Assembly (NCBI GenBank): GCA_963666285.1
Contig: OY762711.1
Reading direction: 5' to 3' (one strand)
From: Sedimentisphaerales bacterium
GTDB taxonomy: Bacteria > Planctomycetota > Phycisphaerae > Sedimentisphaerales > SM23-30
DNA: 64,000 nt
In this document: positions 61,092-64,000 of the stretch, one piece after another
Position numbering within the stretch: position 1 is the first letter of the stretch
Layout of the letters: each line of letters opens with the position of its first letter
The notes under the pieces: generated by a model
Databases searched by the model: none
Seen by the model: the letters and a program-made list of their open reading frames with translations, nothing else
Told to the model about the DNA's origin: nothing
Program-made: the position numbers and the translations under genes

Positions 61092-62588
61092 TTATATCGG
61101 CCTGCTGTGGCCCTGTGTTTTATATTTCTCCAGCAAAGCCTTAAGCTCTGCTATTATTTCCTGATGCTCAGGACTCTCATATAAATTAGTTTTCTCTTTC
61201 GGGTCCGTTTCCATATCATACAGCTGACCAGGCAAACCATCTCCTTTACCGCTCCAGCCGCCGGAACCTACACAATCCAGGTATTTCCATTTGCCTTTGC
61301 GTATCGCAAACTTACCGCTTATGGAATGATGAACCGTAGCTTCTCGTATCGGACCGGCTGGTTTCTTACCCTCCAATACCGGCAGAATACTATAACTGTC
61401 TTCCGCAGCATTATCTGCCAGCTTATGACCGACAATCTCGGCACAGGTCGCGGTTAAGTCAACCAGGCAGACCGTCTCATCGGCACTGCTGCCGGCTGCA
61501 ACCTTCTCTGGCCACCTCACGATAAACGGTACCCGATGACCGCCGTCCCAGGCATCAGCTTTCTGACCGCGATATATATAGTTAGCATCATGTCCAAAAT
61601 ATCGCTGTGAACCATCTGAAACTCCGTTGTTATGATTGCCGATACAGGCTATATGCGAACCGTTATCGCTGGTAATTATCAATATAGTATTATCTTTTAT
61701 TCCGTGTTGCTCCACTGACTTCATAACTTCACCGATCGTCCAGTCTACCAGTGTCACAAAATCGCCATAAACGCCGGCCTTACTCTTCTGATTATTTCTT
61801 TCCAGCGGCACCCACGGGGTATGCGGTGCTGTCAGCGGAAAATACAAAAAGAACGGCTTCTCTGGCATATCCGCCATATGCTTATCGATAAAACCGCAGG
61901 CCTTTTTCGTTATCATCGGCATTACATCTTCGACCTTGAAACTAGGTGATGCTGCTCCTCCACGATAAAACCGCGGCATCTTCTCTCCCTTAACACTTCC
62001 AGTCAACGGCTCCAGCGGCAGCCCGTTCTCGATAAAACAATACGGATTCATATCCAGCGAGGCCGGGATACCAAACCAGTAATCAAATCCAACCTCGTTC
62101 GGACCGGGACGCAGCGGTTTGCTGAAATCAGCTGGCTGAGTATCTGTCAGGCCCAGATGCCATTTACCCACACAGCCGGTATGATATCCATGCTCCTTCA
62201 GCATAGAAGCTACCGTCATCCTGTCCGGCTCGATCAGCCTGCTGCTGTAACCGTTCAGCACGCCTCTCTTCAACCTAGACCGCCAGCAGTAGCGACCGGT
62301 AAGAACACTATAACGGGTCGGGGTGCATACCGAAGACGGTGTATGGGCATCGGTAAAGTACATTCCCTCAGAAGCCACCTTATCCATGTTAGGTGTCGGA
62401 ATCTTAGATTCAGGATTCAGATACTTGACATCGCCATAACCCATATCATCTGCCATGATAAATATAATATTCGGCAGCTTCTCAACTGTATCGGCAGACT
62501 GGTACGTACCAGCAGCTGTCACACTCCCCACCACTATCATCTGGCATAACAAAACAATATAACATCTCATCCTTAACCTGTTGTACAT
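61092..62588 (-). CDS. Arylsulfatase (formylglycine-dependent), exported
   Basis: PNIIFIMADDMGYGD, CTPTRYSVLTG, GKWHLG, SDNG, GGHRVPF; start may be a few codons downstream. Confidence 0.95.
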   Translation of the reverse strand: MYNRLRMRCYIVLLCQMIVVGSVTAAGTYQSADTVEKLPNIIFIMADDMGYGDVKYLNPESKIPTPNMDKVASEGMYFTDAHTPSSVCTPTRYSVLTGRYCWRSRLKRGVLNGYSSRLIEPDRMTVASMLKEHGYHTGCVGKWHLGLTDTQPADFSKPLRPGPNEVGFDYWFGIPASLDMNPYCFIENGLPLEPLTGSVKGEKMPRFYRGGAASPSFKVEDVMPMITKKACGFIDKHMADMPEKPFFLYFPLTAPHTPWVPLERNNQKSKAGVYGDFVTLVDWTIGEVMKSVEQHGIKDNTILIITSDNGSHIACIGNHNNGVSDGSQRYFGHDANYIYRGQKADAWDGGHRVPFIVRWPEKVAAGSSADETVCLVDLTATCAEIVGHKLADNAAEDSYSILPVLEGKKPAGPIREATVHHSISGKFAIRKGKWKYLDCVGSGGWSGKGDGLPGQLYDMETDPKEKTNLYESPEHQEIIAELKALLEKYKTQGHSRPI

Positions 62589-62740
62589 ACTTATCTCCGA
62601 TACATTCTTTCAAATCAATAATGAAATACCTGCACTTGCTGCCCGGCAAAAAATTTCATCCTACACTATATAAATTCCAAAAAACTCTATATTATTAAAC
62701 ATATTTTTCCAAAAAAAGCAATTTATCTTTAATTATTCGC

Positions 62741-62776
62741 AAAAAAAAGCCTTCGGCATATTACTGCACGAAGGCT
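62741..62776 (-). terminator. Terminator after the secretin gene
   Basis: AGCCTTCG/CGAAGGCT stem with T8 tract on the minus strand. Confidence 0.7.
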
Positions 62777-62823
62777 GCTGAAAAGGTTTGCACTAAAACC
62801 AAAATTATTTTCTACATGTATCC

Positions 62824-64000
62824 TTACTGCTTAGGTGTCACCACCTGCTTCATGTTTTCGATATGATCGTTCAGAAGAGAATCTTCTTCACGCTCCTGCA
62901 GCAGTTTGCTCTTCAACTGTTCTTGGTCTGAGATATTACTCAGCACATCTGTTGTCTCGGCTACCTGCGGGGTAAGGAATATCAACAGCTCGGTCTTATC
63001 CTTGCTGGTTACTTTCCTCTGGAACAATAGACCCAGCAGAGGAATATCACCCAGCACTGGAACTTTATCAACTATCTCTGACTCGGTATCCTGCATCAAT
63101 CCGCCGATCACAATTGTCTGGCCATTGCGAACCGCTACTTTACAACTTGACGAACGCTTAGTGAATATTGTCGCGTTAACATTTTCCGTCAGCTGGATTG
63201 TATCATCTGATATCGTCGATATCTCAGGTGCGACATCCATGATCACCAGCCCTTCAGGGTTAATGTAAGGAGTAACATCCAGCATGATACCAATATCATC
63301 ATATTCGATAGTATTTACTGTCTGACCGGTCTCGGTATATGTCGAATCTGTAATAAACGGCACTGACTGGCCCACATTAATCGTTGCCTGCTGGTTATTA
63401 CTGGTCAAAATATACGGCCTGGACAACACATTCAACTTGCCGTCCTGCTGCAGGGCATACAGTTTTGCAGTCAGGTTGTCGTTCAGAATATCTGTTGTTA
63501 TGCCGTCTCCGGTTATCGATGGCAGGAAGTTGGTCGATGATGTCAGAGAGTTGCCGTTCGCCTCGGTATCAGAATATGAAAGCTCGACTCCAAGGTCAAA
63601 ATCATCTGTTACGGTCAGCTCGGCAATAAGTACCTTGATTAACACCTGAGGTATCGGCTTATCCAACTCTTCTATCACTGCTTTTATCTTGTCATAATTC
63701 TTGTTGGAGGTCAGAATTATCAAGGAGTTGGTATCACTATCAGACTCTATATAGGTCTCATCTGAAATATCATTTGAATCACTACTACTGCTGCTGTTAT
63801 TATTACCAAAATTACCGCCCCGCATTCCGCCGCCGCCGAAACCGGAGGTATTATCTTCGTTTATCGCTTCAAGCTCGCTGAACAGACTGTTAAGAAGCTC
63901 TTTGATATTTTCTGAATCGGCATTCTTCAGCGGATAAACATACAAACCTCGCTCTTCGTCCGGGTTACTGTCCAGTTCCTGTATCATATTACCGATAACT
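62824..64000 (-). CDS. gspD: Type II secretion system secretin, C-terminal part (start lies beyond window)
   Basis: YVYPLKNADS, LDKPIPQVLIKVLIAE, LSRPYILTSNNQQATINVG, KVPVLGDIPLLGLLF, TELLIFLTP. Confidence 0.9.
   Translation of the reverse strand, partial: VIGNMIQELDSNPDEERGLYVYPLKNADSENIKELLNSLFSELEAINEDNTSGFGGGGMRGGNFGNNNSSSSSDSNDISDETYIESDSDTNSLIILTSNKNYDKIKAVIEELDKPIPQVLIKVLIAELTVTDDFDLGVELSYSDTEANGNSLTSSTNFLPSITGDGITTDILNDNLTAKLYALQQDGKLNVLSRPYILTSNNQQATINVGQSVPFITDSTYTETGQTVNTIEYDDIGIMLDVTPYINPEGLVIMDVAPEISTISDDTIQLTENVNATIFTKRSSSCKVAVRNGQTIVIGGLMQDTESEIVDKVPVLGDIPLLGLLFQRKVTSKDKTELLIFLTPQVAETTDVLSNISDQEQLKSKLLQEREEDSLLNDHIENMKQVVTPKQ

Overview
Bacterial chromosomal window. Planctomycete-type proteins (H-X9-DG pilin-like domains, CRTAC1/FG-GAP, YXWGXW repeats, sulfatase) suggest an anaerobic Planctomycetota/Phycisphaerae-like host; this is inference. 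The first 4.8 kb is the right end of a probable transposable (Mu-like) prophage: a short tail module followed by repeated 10-mers and an ACA terminus. Housekeeping and metabolic genes follow: Lrp-ald, gltBD, metG, tsaE, murF, glycerate kinase, mnmA, mlaEFD with STAS/RsbW, an ECF sigma/anti-sigma pair, tRNA-Asp, a TRAP transporter with USP, Rrf2-TauE, a sulfatase and a secretin. The strongest signals are absent from the ORF track. (1) A Met-rich 33-aa leader peptide with promoter, antiterminator and terminator lies upstream of metG, which looks like a methionine-sensing ribosome-mediated attenuator. (2) A lipoprotein has an in-frame TGA followed by a SECIS-like hairpin and 48 more sense codons (U-G-G-T-C motif), a candidate selenoprotein. 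(3) A cassette at 43-45.7 kb encodes a 51-aa signal-peptide-only precursor (predicted mature GDGSGMN), a 532-aa helical protein with a possible HTH, and a divergent Cys-rich peptide, a candidate peptide-signalling system. (4) A fused BsuBI/PstI-type methyltransferase-endonuclease is bracketed by a 35-bp direct repeat at the tRNA-Asp terminator. No CRISPR array or rRNA was seen. All family assignments come from motif recognition by eye; no searches were run.
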